63,622 nt of DNA, filler included, from Octopus bimaculoides (GCF_001194135.2; 6 parts of 6 records of this genome joined end to end with filler, not necessarily neighbours in it), one strand, 5' to 3'. Counted from the whole stretch's first letter, positions 13,873 to 27,884 are shown. The notes: generated from the sequence alone by a model not told the origin. Translations and numbers: made by a program.

Positions 13873-13875
<3 letters not shown>
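13687..13875 (-). mobile_element. Short 3' end of an RLE-type (R4/Dong-like) LINE embedded in (TAA)n
   Basis: Minus strand reads KIAGLTNIYNIQKIALLGTAHILRKTLSIQ* plus 3' UTR. (ATT)n arrays lie on both sides (13664-13686 and 13876-13957). Confidence 0.8.
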
Positions 13876-13957
<82 letters not shown>

Positions 13958-14537
13958 GGTGCGTGTGTGTTTATGATATTATATTTGATGATTGTTAAAC
14001 AATTTTGTATAACTACATTTGGATAGACGTGCGAGGACACAGCAACCCATAGAACTTGAAACCCAAAATTGAAGTACCATTTTTCCCTTGATCATGTCGG
14101 CTTTTTTTATGCGTAACAGTTTTATGTTGTTTCTTTTTGCCTGTATTCGTGATGAAAAGAAATATAAAACACGCGGGTAGCATGACATTTAATCAGTGCA
14201 GTTGAGTAATGCTTCATAGGTTGAACATTCACAGGACAATATTGTCAATTTGTTGACGAATGAGCGTGATTTGCATCAAGGTATATTATTCTGATTCCGT
14301 GGGATAGATGTGCGAGCTTATACTTTAATTGAAGTATGGTAAATAGATTTCCTTTTTGTTTTTTTCTGTCAGTTCTATAAAGTAGCGCTAACATAACTGC
14401 AACATCAGAGATAATATCCTTTACAACTCATGCATATTAGGAAACTACACATGGTCGCTTGATGTAATGGAAATAGCAGGAAAAAAAATCATACTTTACT
14501 GTATGGAGGACACAACAGATTTCAAACATATGTGTGG

Positions 14538-14571
<34 letters not shown>

Positions 14572-14799
14572 AAATAGAATTGGCTATTCTGATAAATTTT
14601 CAGCATTAATAAATAATTATTTATAAATTGAGAGGTGTTATAAACGTCTAATTATTGAAGTGGAAAACTTATCAGAAAAACATTTTTATCCATTTCTCCA
14701 AAAATGTAATAAACACAGACACAAAGACACACACTCACAGGTAGACATACACATGCACATAGACACAAACTTACACCCAACCGCACATATATTTTTACG

Positions 14800-14920
14800 A
14801 AAGGCTTCAGTAAGTTTCTGTCTAGCAAATCCACTCACAAGTCTTTGGTCGGTGCAAAGAACCAGGCAATAGGATTGAACCTGGAAACATGTATTTTGGA
14901 AACAAAACAACTACGTCTGC
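14800..14920 (-). mobile_element. Decayed SINE family B (CORE-like) head fragment
   Basis: AAATCCACTCACAAGTCTTTGGTCGG..GGATTGAACCTGGAAACATG matches the copies at 53530-53675 and 24998-25160. Confidence 0.65.
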
Positions 14921-14949
14921 TTTTATATTATATGTATACAGATAAATAA

Positions 14950-14990
<41 letters not shown>

Positions 14991-15369
14991 TTATAAACAC
15001 TTAATATCAGTACCTTGATAATTAATCATAGGAAGAAATGGAGATGATAAAACCCGCACACCTTCCTAGTCCAATCGTTTGTTGATAATAGATATTTAAA
15101 TTAAATGACAATTGTCAATTTTCTTACTCGCTTGAATTATAAAAGATTGCCTTTCCTTCTTCCTTCTCTCAATTTAATTGATGATAAGGCGATATTAATT
15201 TCATTTTATTTCATATGTTCCTATGTTGATTGCCTTATTTTTACTTTGTTCTCTTCAGTTTTATCTTTATTTTTGCTGCTATAGGTTTGCTTTGGTTGTA
15301 TTTGATGCGGTCTCGCGTTTAAGTTCCTCACTTACCACTAGCGTAATGTACTCTACCTCCCTATCTAAG

Positions 15370-15514
15370 AAACGTGTATCTTTCTATTTGAAGCTTGTCC
15401 TCATTCTGTTTTTTGTTAACACAATGTTTCGACGGATATACTCTCCAGCTTTCATCAGGTGTCTTGAGGAAATTTTAAACTTGGGTTCTCATTCCTAAGG
15501 TATTTTTCGATGTA

Positions 15515-15546
<32 letters not shown>

Positions 15547-15638
15547 CATTATTATTCAGGTCACAGCCTGGAATTGAACTCGGAATCTTGGGGTTAGTAT
15601 CCGCGCTCTTAACCACGGGCATATGGCGTAGTGGTTAA
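15370..15638 (-). mobile_element. Composite non-autonomous element: palindromic tRNA-like head + (AAT)n + spacer + hammerhead motif (copy 1)
   Basis: Same order of modules as 32849-33036. B box GAGTTCAATTCC on the minus strand, an inverted A-box arm at 15617-15638, and a hammerhead core at 15418-15463. Confidence 0.75.
15418..15463 (-). ncRNA. Degenerate minimal type I hammerhead ribozyme motif (PLE-type)
   Basis: Minus strand: GACAC CTGATGA AAGCTGGAGAGTATATCCGTC GAAA CATT GTGTT. The core CTGATGA and GAAA are intact, and stem I GACAC/GTGTT pairs. Stem II is damaged, and the stem III palindrome ACGT reads ACAT (consistent with CpG decay). Confidence 0.6.
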
Positions 15639-18600
15639 GGCTGATGGCTGGAAACAGATGGTATAGTTCTGTAAAAATGGTACGCTGACTAAATTCCATC
15701 ACCTTTAGTTTCTTTTTTTTTTTCATTCTCGTTGGCAGTTGATTTATTTTAACTCTGACAAAGATTTCACATTCAGGCTCGTTACCCGTATTTTCAGTCT
15801 GTGAATCGATTGATAAGATTTAACCCAAGTGCATTTGTGGAACAAATATATGCATATAATAAATAAATAAATGTATTTAACACATTATTTCTGTCAATTT
15901 TAACACACACACACACACACGCACACATGTTATCTCTGGAAAGAATACTGACTATATGGAAGTTAACCGAACACTGTTAACTATAGTTGCACTAAAGAGT
16001 TTCAACATCTGCAGGGATACTAACAATGTTCCCATTAATTATATTTTTCAAAAATTTGAGAAGAATATTAGATTTGTTTGCCACGTCTCCCTTTCATTTT
16101 ATCCTGCACTTCTAACATATTACTTATTCGTTAATGTAATCTGAAGATATGCAGTTGTCATATCTGAAATGCAATTAATTGTAGATTCGATGTTTCATTG
16201 CTAACCTTGTAGCATCAACAACAATAACAACAACGACAGCAAGAACTGCCATTGATGCAACACAATACGTAAATTAAATAAATGCCACTCAAAGTTTCTG
16301 GTCATCAGTCTGTATAATAGTGGTATTTTATAAGACGTGATGATTCGTAATATGCATCCAACTCTCAGGACGCACCCTCCATTGCAGACGACTTACACAG
16401 TAATCGCGAAGACCAATGTTGCTCAGAATAGTTTCCATGGAGCTATTTCTCCAGATATTTGAACCTAAATAACAACCAACGAAGGCAAAGTATTGACTTA
16501 AGTATGAGATATTACTGGATAAATTATAAAATGGGAATAGGGATATGCTTATTGTACGACGTAAATTATAAAAAATGAACTTGTTTCTGGGATATTTGAA
16601 TATGTAAACCTTAAAGTTACTTTGCAGCTAGCCATTGTCTGACAAAATGAGCGTATAGATCAACGAAAATAAAATTTATGCGGTAGTTCAAAATCCGAGA
16701 AGTAGCAACAAATTATCTTTAACTTCATATTCTAGTGTACTGAATGAGGAAGGACACCATAGATGAGAATCATGAAGAAAAAACCCGCATATAAATGGTT
16801 AAGCAGTTCAGTATTCAAGATAAAGTCTTATTTGGAACTAAAGAGTAGCCAAATGACGTTTGGAAAGAGATATTGAATTTTGTAACACTAAATACAATTC
16901 TCTGAAGTATAGTTATAGCTGGATTATTACTGTTAAAATCATCTTACATTTTGTTAAACAGCAATAACTTACCTACATTTCGATATTAATATTTCAGTTA
17001 GTTAAGTAGATTTATTCAAGGCGAAAAATAATTATATATTTGTTTGAAGAAATAAACTGCTTCGTACATTCAATCGACATTCTTGGGTACAGTAGTTTAA
17101 TTTGAAACTTTCTCGAGAGTTTAGAATAAATTCTCTCCTGGCTATAATGATTACACCTTCACTGGCAAATGCTTTATTTATTTTTTTTCTCATGGTTTCC
17201 TTCTTTTATTTTTCAAGGTTAACATCCTTCACTCTTCTATGATATATAGGTGTTGTTTAAGAAGTGAAAATAGCTTCATGTTCCCGAGGAAAACAAATCA
17301 AAATAGATTCTATCTTTTTATGAAAACTCGAATGGGAAGAAACTGGTTAATTTTTATTTTTCTGCAACATTTTGGATGAATGTGTGATTATTCGCCAAAA
17401 TAACAATGGATTTTAACAAAGTAAAGCGTAAGTGATATTTGAAGGAGAATAGGAAATTATATTAAGGTTTAATGGTTTCATAAATAAAACTCTTCAGAAT
17501 TACACTTTATTTTGAAGAGCTTTTCCGGTAAAAGAAATTTTTCAGTTTACAAAGGTAATTACTAATATAGATATACTATTTGAAATTATTTAAGCATACA
17601 TAACAGTAAACAAATCAATATTTCAAAATTGTTAGATAATATATTCTGAGAAATAAATATAGCGGTAACAAAAGGTGGCATTAATAAAAACATTGAATTA
17701 TTTAAATGTTTTAAATGGTTACATATATTTTAAAAGACATAAGGTAATTAATTCCTTAATTTAGAATTTCATCTAACGAAAATCAATTTCGAGTTGTAAG
17801 TGGTAATTCAAAAATAGCAGCGCATGCCAGTTTGGATGGTAAACAAGTACATGTCTAATGATAACGAAATAATAATTTTATAATCAGAAACAACAAACAG
17901 ATTTTAAACAACTCTTTATCGCAACTTTATGATTAATTGTCCCTCGTATCTTTAGAATTGAGCAAAACTGTCTACTTATTGTTTTTTATATAAACATTAG
18001 TTTCAAAATTTATATTTATATATTAAAAAAATTGGAAAACTTCACGTAAATCTTAATATTAATCATGCTCCATTTTGACCCTCTTATTGTTTTTTTCTGA
18101 AAGGTGATGACATACGTAAATATTTGATATTATCTCAACCAAACTGTCCTGCAGTGAAAATCATTCTAACATTAAGAAATAATCAATATTAATATTTACG
18201 CGTAACGTCAAAAATGGGTTTACACCTGACTCACGAAGAAAAAGCTATCCAGTAGATTTCCAGTTTGCCGGCATTTCACAAAATATGTCATCTTTGGAAA
18301 ACACAATAACGCCACAGTTACTCTAACATAGAGTATATTTTCATGTAAGGAAGAGTCTTATTACAAAAGTTAAATTCGTGCTTATTTGAGGTTGTATTGC
18401 ACTCACAAATCGCAACGAAAGATCTTTAAATTTACACCCATCTCCGCAGAGTAAATTATTAAGTATTTTATTGATGGCAAAATTTTGATAATATATATAA
18501 CTATCATGTGGTTTTAAGAAACATTGTTAATGGCGACTGTATGTGTACTACCGTATACAAGCGGCTATGTGGATTATACCCGCATATTGAAATGCAAATG

Positions 18601-21600
18601 AAACCTATGCAAGTTAAACCTACTCTCATGTGTTATAAAAAGCTTCCATGTTTACACTGGTGAACAGAACCAAACCGCTAAATATTTTAATTAGGAGTAA
18701 AAGCTAAGATATTTTCAGCAAGTGACAAAAGTCTAACTGCTGTGTCCTCTCATATGAATGACAACTTAATAACAGTGCTCTGTCGTGATTCTCAGTAGGG
18801 TATATACAGTTCTGAAATAGCGTTATATTTTCCACTTTATGAACGAAAGAGCAGAGTCAGAGATGTATCCAACTGTGAATTATTTCATTATTAATATATA
18901 AATAGCAATATTTACCTAACGGTTCACACCATTATAACTTTATCAATGATTGAATATAATCCTATAAAGAGAGACCTGCATTTTTCCAAGGAAATAATTG
19001 TGATTATATAGAATTAGCTCGCTACTAGTTTGTTCTGTCGATTCCCATCGGTAATTCATCCCATTTCACTTATGAAATATATACGTCTCTCACTAATTCA
19101 TGAGCAACTGTTACATAACGTCATAGCTACTAATAAATTTGCGGAATATCAGATATTGGTGTAGACATAAGTTATGGAACTATAATATATTTATAGCAAT
19201 TTCTTAATGAAAGCAGTGAATATTGATCGTTACACTTAGGCTAAGGTGGCTATGCTCTAAAGCATAATGGGTCATTTGATGAGAATGATTTGATGAGAGT
19301 TGAATCGAAGTCAGGCAAATCATACCAAAATATGAAGTTCATTAGTGTTACTGAATGCTTGAACTCATGTCCTGTCTCAAGGTTGTTGATGTTATTCGGT
19401 AGCCTCTAAAGTAGCAGTTTCAAGAACGACTAAACCCTAGTTTCAGCTGGAATATATTATCCAGTATGGATTATTCATTATCAAGATAGAACTGTGGCGC
19501 AATTTGAAGGGGTCTGGTGATTATGTTACTAGTAAGAGAGACCAATTAAATGCTCCTTCATATGTTCATTCCTGAAATTTGAATCAAAGGATGTCAACCT
19601 TGCCGAAAAGAAAGTTGATGTCCATAACAGAACTCACAAAATTTTATCAGGTAATAGAGGACCAAATAAAATGTTATTGCATAGACATTTCATGCACCAC
19701 AGATACACTTTCTTGTAACAAAGGTGCGTAATCCTCATAGATGACTCATTCGTGACGCATAATATTACGTGATCTGAAGTACAACATATTATGGTCATCA
19801 AAAAAGAACAGGAAACGAATGATATATCTCAATGTTTCAATATTCTTAAAGTAGAATTTACTGCTGCATGACACATGTCAACAGAGTGTACTTTTTGGAA
19901 AACTAATAGCGAATAAAATTATCTAAAAACGTGTTCTTAGCTGTAATAAATAACTTAAGAAAAATCACTCTCTCATACATAAATACATACATACATACAT
20001 GAATATATATCAGGCCAGAGATACCTTAGTCAAGTGTTAGATAATCAAATGTTACAAAGATTAAAGGGTCGTCAACGGATCCCATGTTAACTCGCAGGAG
20101 ATTTGATCGAAAATGCTTAGACAGCAGAGAGACAGAGCGAGGGAGAGAGAGAAAGAGAGAGGGGGAACAAAATGGAAAACATTTGTGTGAAGAAATAATA
20201 TATGGGAGTGGATAAATGTGTACTCTGTCAAGGAAACCCATTATTGTTCCTGAAAGTTTTCTTTATACATTCTACGGACTGCTATATATATATATATATA
20301 TATATNNNNNNNNNNNNNNNNNNNNNNNNNNNNNNNNNNNNNNNNNNNNNNNNNNNNNNNNNNNNNNNNNNNNNNNNNNNNNNNNNNNNNNNNNNNNNNN
20401 NNNNNNNNNNNNNNNNNNNNNNNNNNNNNNNNNNNNNNNNNNNNNNNNNNNNNNNNNNNNNNNNNNNNNNNNNNNNNNNNNNNNNNNNNNNNNNNNNNNN
20501 NNNNNNNNNNNNNNNNNNNNNNNNNNNNNNNNNNNNNNNNNNNNNNNNNNNNNNNNNNNNNNNNNNNNNNNNNNNNNNNNNNNNNNNNNNNNNNNNNNNN
20601 NNNNNNNNNNNNNNNNNNNNNNNNNNNNNNNNNNNNNNNNNNNNNNNNNNNNNNNNNNNNNNNNNNNNNNNNNNNNNNNNNNNNCAAAAAGGGATAAAAC
20701 TCTTTTACAGGAATTTTATCAAGAAGTCAGAGCGTAAAAAAATTCGTAAGGGAAATTTCTATTCCCAAGAATATAATTATTCGTTTATATTTATATAAAG
20801 GGCATTATTACAGAAAAATAACAACGCCACACAGTGGACTTCTCAAAATAACCACATTTAGTACCTAATGCGAGGAAAAACAACCAACAGAACCCTACCT
20901 ACGTTCTTTTAAATAAACTTAACTGTGTATCAACCGATTTCGCGATTACTAGAATGAATCTAGATTTCGTTCATCAGCACAGTATTGTACCAAAAATATA
21001 TACAAATAAACAGAATTCTCACCTCACCAAAAACGAACNNNNNNNNNNNNNNNNNNNNNNNNNNNNNNNNNNNNNNNNNNNNNNNNNNNNNNNNNNNNNN
21101 NNNNNNNNNNNNNNNNNNNNNNNNNNNNNNNNNNNNNNNNNNNNNNNNNNNNNNNNNNNNNNNNNNNNNNNNNNNNNNNNNNNNNNNNNNNNNNNNNNNN
21201 NNNNNNNNNNNNNNNNNNNNNNNNNNNNNNNNNNNNNNNNNNNNNNNNNNNNNNNNNNNNNNNNNNNNNNNNNNNNNNNNNNNNNNNNNNNNNNNNNNNN
21301 NNNNNNNNNNNNNNNNNNNNNNNNNNNNNNNNNNNNNNNNNNNNNNNNNNNNNNNNNNNNNNNNNNNNNNNNNNNNNNNNNNNNNNNNNNNNNNNNNNNN
21401 NNNNNNNNNNNNNNNNNNNNNNNNNNNNNNNNNNNNNNNNNNNNNNNNNNNNNNNNNNNNNNNNNNNNNNNNNNNNNNNNNNNNNNNNNNNNNNNNNNNN
21501 NNNNNNNNNNNNNNNNNNNNNNNNNNNNNNNNNNNNNNNNNNNNNNNNNNNNNNNNNNNNNNNNNNNATGCTTACATATGTAAATATGCATGTATATACA

Positions 21601-23687
21601 CACATATATTTATATATGCATGCACACACCCACACATATCATTATGCCCATATGAGTTAATTCTGCGAACAGGACCTTAGGTATAATACAATTATGCATT
21701 ATGTTTGAGAACAATGTCTCACAATACTGTTTTTTTTTTCATTTACTTGTACTAAATAACATACAAAAAGAATAAAATATCAATATTGATATTTTTGAAA
21801 ACGATTCCGTTTTATGTAAAAAAAAAAAAGCAAAAACAAATATACGTTCTCTTGTCAACTATTCTTTAATAACGTTTAACATTCATACATAATTTTATAA
21901 AGAACACCTGCATTTCTGACCAAAATCTCATGTTCTAATTAGATTTAATCTGTCTTCACATCCTACAGCTATATTTTATCTTACGATGACTTTTCAGTAA
22001 ACTTTCGCTTACTATCACAGTGGAATAAACACATTTGTCCAACGTTACAAGTAGATATCACAAACAAAGCATTTTAATTTATCATTCTTGTGTTAATTTG
22101 TTACAACATTTTAGTAATATTTGTATTTAGGCATTAAAAATGAAAATGCAGTTCACAACAAAACTCAGTTTATTATTCAGCTGCTAGTGTAACAATCGTA
22201 GCAGTTTCCCGAAGTATTATCTACTAATGCTCTTTTAGAAAATATTTTGTAAAGTACAAACACGCTTTTACTTTATATTACATGTGTTGCTGATAATATT
22301 TTGACCAGGAATCAAGCCGATATTTTTTGTGTCCCTGGTAGGAATACTGGGGTGTACAGATTAATAGATAGATGGAAAATATTTATCCATATATCCTTCT
22401 GATAAACAGTATTTTGTCGAAAAATCCAGTTAGGGAAAGGGTTTAATCTCATTGGCTGCGATTTGAATTCAGAAAAAGATCTTGCTTTTATTAATATAAT
22501 TATATAAATCTATTAGGCTATTTCAAGAAATTTGTTTTACATAATATTGATGTATGCGAATTGCCCTCATAATTTCTATGAAAACGGCAGCCGAACATGT
22601 TTAGGAGGGAAACAAAGGAAATCTGAATAGTGGTAATGAAAGGTTTCATGGTGGATTGGGAGTAAGCGCTCATTAGTTGCAGCATTTAGACTTAAAAGTA
22701 TGGTCTGAGTTGACGATAAAGCTGTGTTTGCGAGGTATGATGATTTCAGAGGATGATATTGAGTATACTCGTGAAAATGAAACTTCGGATGCTGTTCTCG
22801 GTTCGAGGTTTGCAGAATTTTCTTTTTCAAATATAGCTGAGTCGTGTGTTCTCATCTGATCTATAATATGCTCTTTGAATGATACATGGCTCATAAATAA
22901 GAGTAACATTCACGAAAGAGAATGCAAAACTGATATGCTTTATCACGAATATGTCAGGGGCATATGACAGAGAATAGAAAGCTTAGAGGAAGTGATAAAA
23001 CCCAAAACACTCAGCACTTAATTAAGCAACACAGTTGTTGCAATACCTAGAGTTTGGTGTGCTGGATGCATGGATAACAGGAGGTACCAAATATGATACG
23101 TTGAGCTAAGAAAAAAGCCACAGAACATTACCTCTCTGTATCAACGATAAATGTTTTCACGCAGGATGTGATTGTATATGTAGGTAGCAGAATGATCGAT
23201 ACGAATGCCAGTCGAAGACTACTATAGGGAATATCTCAGGCTGTAGAGAGAAATAAAATATAAAATTTGTGCAACATCTATTTATAAACGCTCTTTAAAT
23301 TCTCCTACGATATTCTTAGAAACACGATTTTAAATTTTCATGTTTTGTAGTATTACATTTCATTATTTTAACTCTTGCAAGATATTGATATAAATATTTT
23401 GAAATCTAATCGATCCAAAATGAGGGATAAATTTCAACTGAGAATTGCTAGAATTGCTGCTCTGCCATTAAGACTTGGATAAAATCAATGATTCACATAC
23501 AGAATAAATTGTAAATCCAAATGCGTTCATACGTAATTATACATTCAGAAACATTGGTATGTGATATCGTGTGAGCAAAATTGTCGATATAGATGTACAA
23601 AGTCATAGAGAGTAGAAAGGGAGCGTTAAAAATAAATATGATGTATGTATATGTGACTATGTATGTTTAAATCTATGTATAGATATG

Positions 23688-23732
<45 letters not shown>

Positions 23733-24729
23733 NNNNNNNNNNNNNNNNNNNNNNNNNNNNNNNNNNNNNNNNNNNNNNNNNNNNNNNNNNNNNNNNNNNN
23801 NNNNNNNNNNNNNNNNNNNNNNNNNNNNNNNNNNNNNNNNNNNNNNNNNNNNNNNNNNNNNNNNNNNNNNNNNNNNNNNNNNNNNNNNNNNNNNNNNNNN
23901 NNNNNNNNNNNNNNNNNNNNNNNNNNNNNNNNNNNNNNNNNNNNNNNNNNNNNNNNNNNNNNNNNNNNNNNNNNNNNNNNNNNNNNNNNNNNNNNNNNNN
24001 NNNNNNNNNNNNNNNNNNNNNNNNNNNNNNNNNNNNNNNNNNNNNNNNNNNNNNNNNNNNNNNNNNNNNNNNNNNNNNNNNNNNNNNNNNNNNNNNNNNN
24101 NNNNNNNNNNNNNNNNNNNNNNNNNNNNNNNNNNNNNNNNNNNNNNNNNNNNNNNNNNNNNNNNNNNNNNNNNNNNNNNNNNNNNNNNNNNNNNNNNNNN
24201 NNNNNNNNNNNNNNNNNNNNNNNNNNNNNNNNNNNNNNNNNNNNNNNNNNNNNNNNNNNNNNNNNNNNNNNNNNNNNNNNNNNNNNNNNNNNNNNNNNNN
24301 NNNNNNNNNNNNNNNNNNNNNNNNNNNNNNNNNNNNNNNNNNNNNNNNNNNNNNNNNNNNNNNNNNNNNNNNNNNNNNNNNNNNNNNNNNNNNNNNNNNN
24401 NNNNNNNNNNNNNNNNNNNNNNNNNNNNNNNNNNNNNNNNNNNNNNNNNNNNNNNNNNNNNNNNNNNNNNNNNNNNNNNNNNNNNNNNNNNNNNNNNNNN
24501 NNNNNNNNNNNNNNNNNNNNATTCTCTAAATGAAGTATTAACAGTAACTGCTCGATAAAGTGTAGTATATTGCCACTTAAGTGTGGCTGACCCCTAGGGG
24601 TGGATGTTACTGTTGCTTTTAGCCCCAGGAGGACATCTCCTCCAGCTGGCTTATCGACACACGACTGTGTCCTGTTTGCCAAGGGTAGTTATCCCTCTCA
24701 CCAACATCTGCAGCATATATATATATATA

Positions 24730-25160
24730 TTACTTGTTTCACTCATTTGTCTGCGGTCATGGTGAGGCATTGTCTTGAAGGGATTTTAGTGAAACAAATT
24801 TGACACCACGGCTTTTTAACACCGTGGTTCTTACTTTATCGGTTGTTTGTTTGCCGCACCGCTAGGTAGCAGGGATGTAAAAACATCGCCAGAGGTTATC
24901 AAGTGATAGAGGCGGAGAAACACAGACATAAAGACACACAGAATATACACACACACGCACAGGCACACGCACACACACACTCACACATGCATATATCCGA
25001 CGGGCTTCTTTCAGTTTCCGTCTACCAAATCCAGTCACAGGGTTTTCATTGACTTGGAGCTACAGTAGAAGACACCTGCTCAAGATTCCACGCAGTGCGG
25101 CTGAACCCGGAAACATGAAGTTTGGAAGCAAACTTCTTACCACAAAGCCACGCCTACGTC
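24730..25160 (-). mobile_element. SINE family B (tRNA head + CORE-like body + internal CA/TA microsatellite + tail), decayed
   Basis: The head/body at 24998-25160 and the tail at 24730-24935 match the copies at 53396-53675, 54370-54779 and 59001-59330. Confidence 0.8.
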
Positions 25161-25424
25161 TGTGGGAATGGCTATGCGTATGTATATACATGTATGTATT
25201 TATGTATGTATGCATGCATGCATGCATGCACGCATTTGTGTATGTATGTATGTATCTATGTATCTATGTATGTATGTATGACTTAAACTGAAAGAGCCCG
25301 AATCACCTCTCTGTCTCTCTCTCTATCTCTCTATCTATCTATCTATCTATCTATCCTACTAGCTATCTTTCTATCTATCTATTTATCTATGTGTCAACTG
25401 TCTATCTCTCTTCTTACCTATCTA

Positions 25425-26621
25425 TTATGTTGTCAACAAAGTCCTTGCAGTTTTTAACCTTTAAATTCAGATGCATATATCTCGGCTCGAACAAAACTTT
25501 ATTAATCGAAATAAAACCATCAGAATCAACACACTTTGGCCAACGCGAAACAAGTTTATTGATGCCATTAGTTTAAAAACCCTACGTTCTGGTGTCAATG
25601 AAGTCGTTGAAGGCGCATTTAGCATCGTCTTGGTTTTTGAAGCATTTCTCACGCAGAAAGTTGTCGGGTTGCTTGAAAAAGTGGTAGTCGGTAGGCGAGA
25701 GGTCTGGTGAGTATGGTGGATGAGGCAAAGTTTCGTAACCCAATTTGTTCAACTTCTGTAGAGCCGAGCATTGTTGTGGCAAAGAATTCGTCCTTTTGTA
25801 TTGACCAATGCTGGCTGTTGTTGTCTGAGGTTCTTATGCATTTCATCCATTTGCTGACAGTACGTCTCTGCCGTAATGGTTTCGCCTGGTTCCGAGAAGC
25901 TGTGATGGATGACACCGGCTGAAACCACCAAAGAGTCACAATGGCCTACTTTTGGTGGAACTTTGGCTTCGGGAAATTCCGTGGATCTTTGTCGGCGTCC
26001 AGCCACTGAGCTGAACGTCGCTGGTTTTCGTAAAGAATCCACTTTTCATCGCAAGTCAAAATCCGGTCGACAAACGGGTCGTTCTTGTTGCGTGAAAGAA
26101 GGGATGACGACACTTTAAAACGGCGTTTTTCTCTAGTATTTTTGTTTTTCCAATCTCATTCAAGTGGTTGGAAATTGTCGTATAGGTTACATCTAATTCA
26201 GAAGCAAGCTCTCGAACAGTTGTGCGTGGATTGGTTTCCACTAAGGCTCTTAGTTGAACGTTGTCAACATCCGATGGCCGACCACTACGCTTACCAACTT
26301 CAATACTCTCGTCACCGCTATGAAATTTCTTGAACCACAATTGTGCTCTACGTTCATTAGTGGTTCCTGGGCCAAACGCATCGGTCTAGCTTGAACTGGA
26401 ATAAGAAAATTGTGTGAATTTGCTTTTTGCCCATGTTGTATTCAACGTTCCGGAATAAATGGCTTAATTATTCAAAATGAAAAAGCGTAACAAGATTAGA
26501 TAGAGCGAAAACAGGCTTTAAAGTGATATATAAAGTGAAAGTAATTTAACGAAAATTAATTTGAAAATACATCACTTAAAACCAAAATTGAAATACCGTA
26601 GGAACTTTCTTGATAACCTAA
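25425..26621 (-). mobile_element. Defective mariner, cecropia/Hsmar1-like, with internal deletions, inserted in a (TATC)n array
   Basis: TIRs TTATGTTGTCAACAAAGTCC and TTAGGTTATCAAGAAAGTTCC with TA flanks (25423-24, 26622-23). The transposase relic at 26434-25502 reads MGKKQIHTIFLFQFKL..WFKKF..SGRPSDVDN..ILTCDEKWILYENQRR..HPPYSPDLSPTDYHFFK..RWPKCVDSDGFYFD*. The WVPHEL segment is missing. Confidence 0.92.
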
Positions 26622-26668
<47 letters not shown>

Positions 26669-26684
26669 ATGTATATATGTCTAT

Positions 26685-26784
26685 NNNNNNNNNNNNNNNN
26701 NNNNNNNNNNNNNNNNNNNNNNNNNNNNTTAATTAATTAANNNNNNNNNNNNNNNNNNNNNNNNNNNNNNNNNNNNNNNNNNNN
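26685..26784. other. Artificial 100-bp scaffold spacer with six-frame-stop linker TTAATTAATTAA
   Basis: 44 N + TTAATTAATTAA (26729-26740) + 44 N. The geometry is identical at five sites. Confidence 0.95.
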
Positions 26785-27064
26785 TATATATGCGTATACA
26801 TACATACACACACACACACACATACATACACACACACATATATATATGCATGCATATATGTATGCATAGAGTTCCAAAAGTCACTTGTGATCGGGAATTT
26901 CGTGCAATGGATCCTCACCACACTCATGTCACAGAACCCCATTTCTTCTGTTTGACCTACTTACCCTGTAAATAGATACGTACATACATACATGCACACA
27001 CATACACACACACACACACATACACGCAGTCCAATAGTAAATAGAAAATGGCCTGGCCCAGCCT

Positions 27065-27290
27065 AGCTCCCCGTCGGTTACAACGACGAGTTTTCCAGTG
27101 GATTCTATCAACAGAACAGCTTGCTCATGATAGTAACGTAAACGCAGGCTGACCCATCGAACTACAGTTACAACCGATATTTTGCCAGCTGGATGGACAT
27201 GAACTATGTGAGATAAAGGACACAACATGCCACGACTATTCGATCTTGAGCCAAATACACTAGTGACTAAGCCATACGTCTTTACCTAGT
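27065..27290 (-). mobile_element. Decayed SINE with a family C-like 3' tail
   Basis: CCCGTCGGTTACAACGACGAGTTTTCCAGTGGATTCTATCAACAGAACAGCTTGCTCATG resembles the tail at 56085-56150. Confidence 0.55.
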
Positions 27291-27847
27291 CCAATAAGAG
27301 AAACAAGGAAAAAGTAGAAGCCTAAGTCGTCTGCTAGTTCCAGTCAGTTGAACGACCGTGTAAATGTTCCCTTTGGAGAAGTCTCAGAAGCAGCAGAGAT
27401 TTACTGCTGCGGATAAGAGAAACATTTACTCAATAAGTAAAGACAAAAATCGAAATGGTAAGAACTACTGATTAATAGAAGTCCAAATAGCTAAAAAAAC
27501 AAAAACTGATCATACAAAAATTTGCTGCATTGTCACCAGCAGCCTAAACATGATTAAAGCCAGCAGTAAAACAATCAGGATCACGGCACACATCCATTCA
27601 TACGTACATACATACATACATACATACATACACACATACATACATACATATAAATATATATATATGTATATAAGTATATAAGATAAATATATATATGTAT
27701 GCAAGATATATAAGATATATGTATATATGTGTGTGTGCGTTTGTGTGTTTGTGTGTGTATAGATATACATATATATATACACACATATATAGGTATGTGT
27801 GTGTGCAAATATAATATATGTATATATGTGTATTTTTATGTATATAC

Positions 27848-27884
<37 letters not shown>

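Noticed and set aside
16135-16185. CTGAAGATATG..CATATCTGAAATGCA hammerhead-like motif
   Set aside because: The hairpin uses the core nucleotides themselves, the spacing to GAAA is wrong, and there is no UH site.
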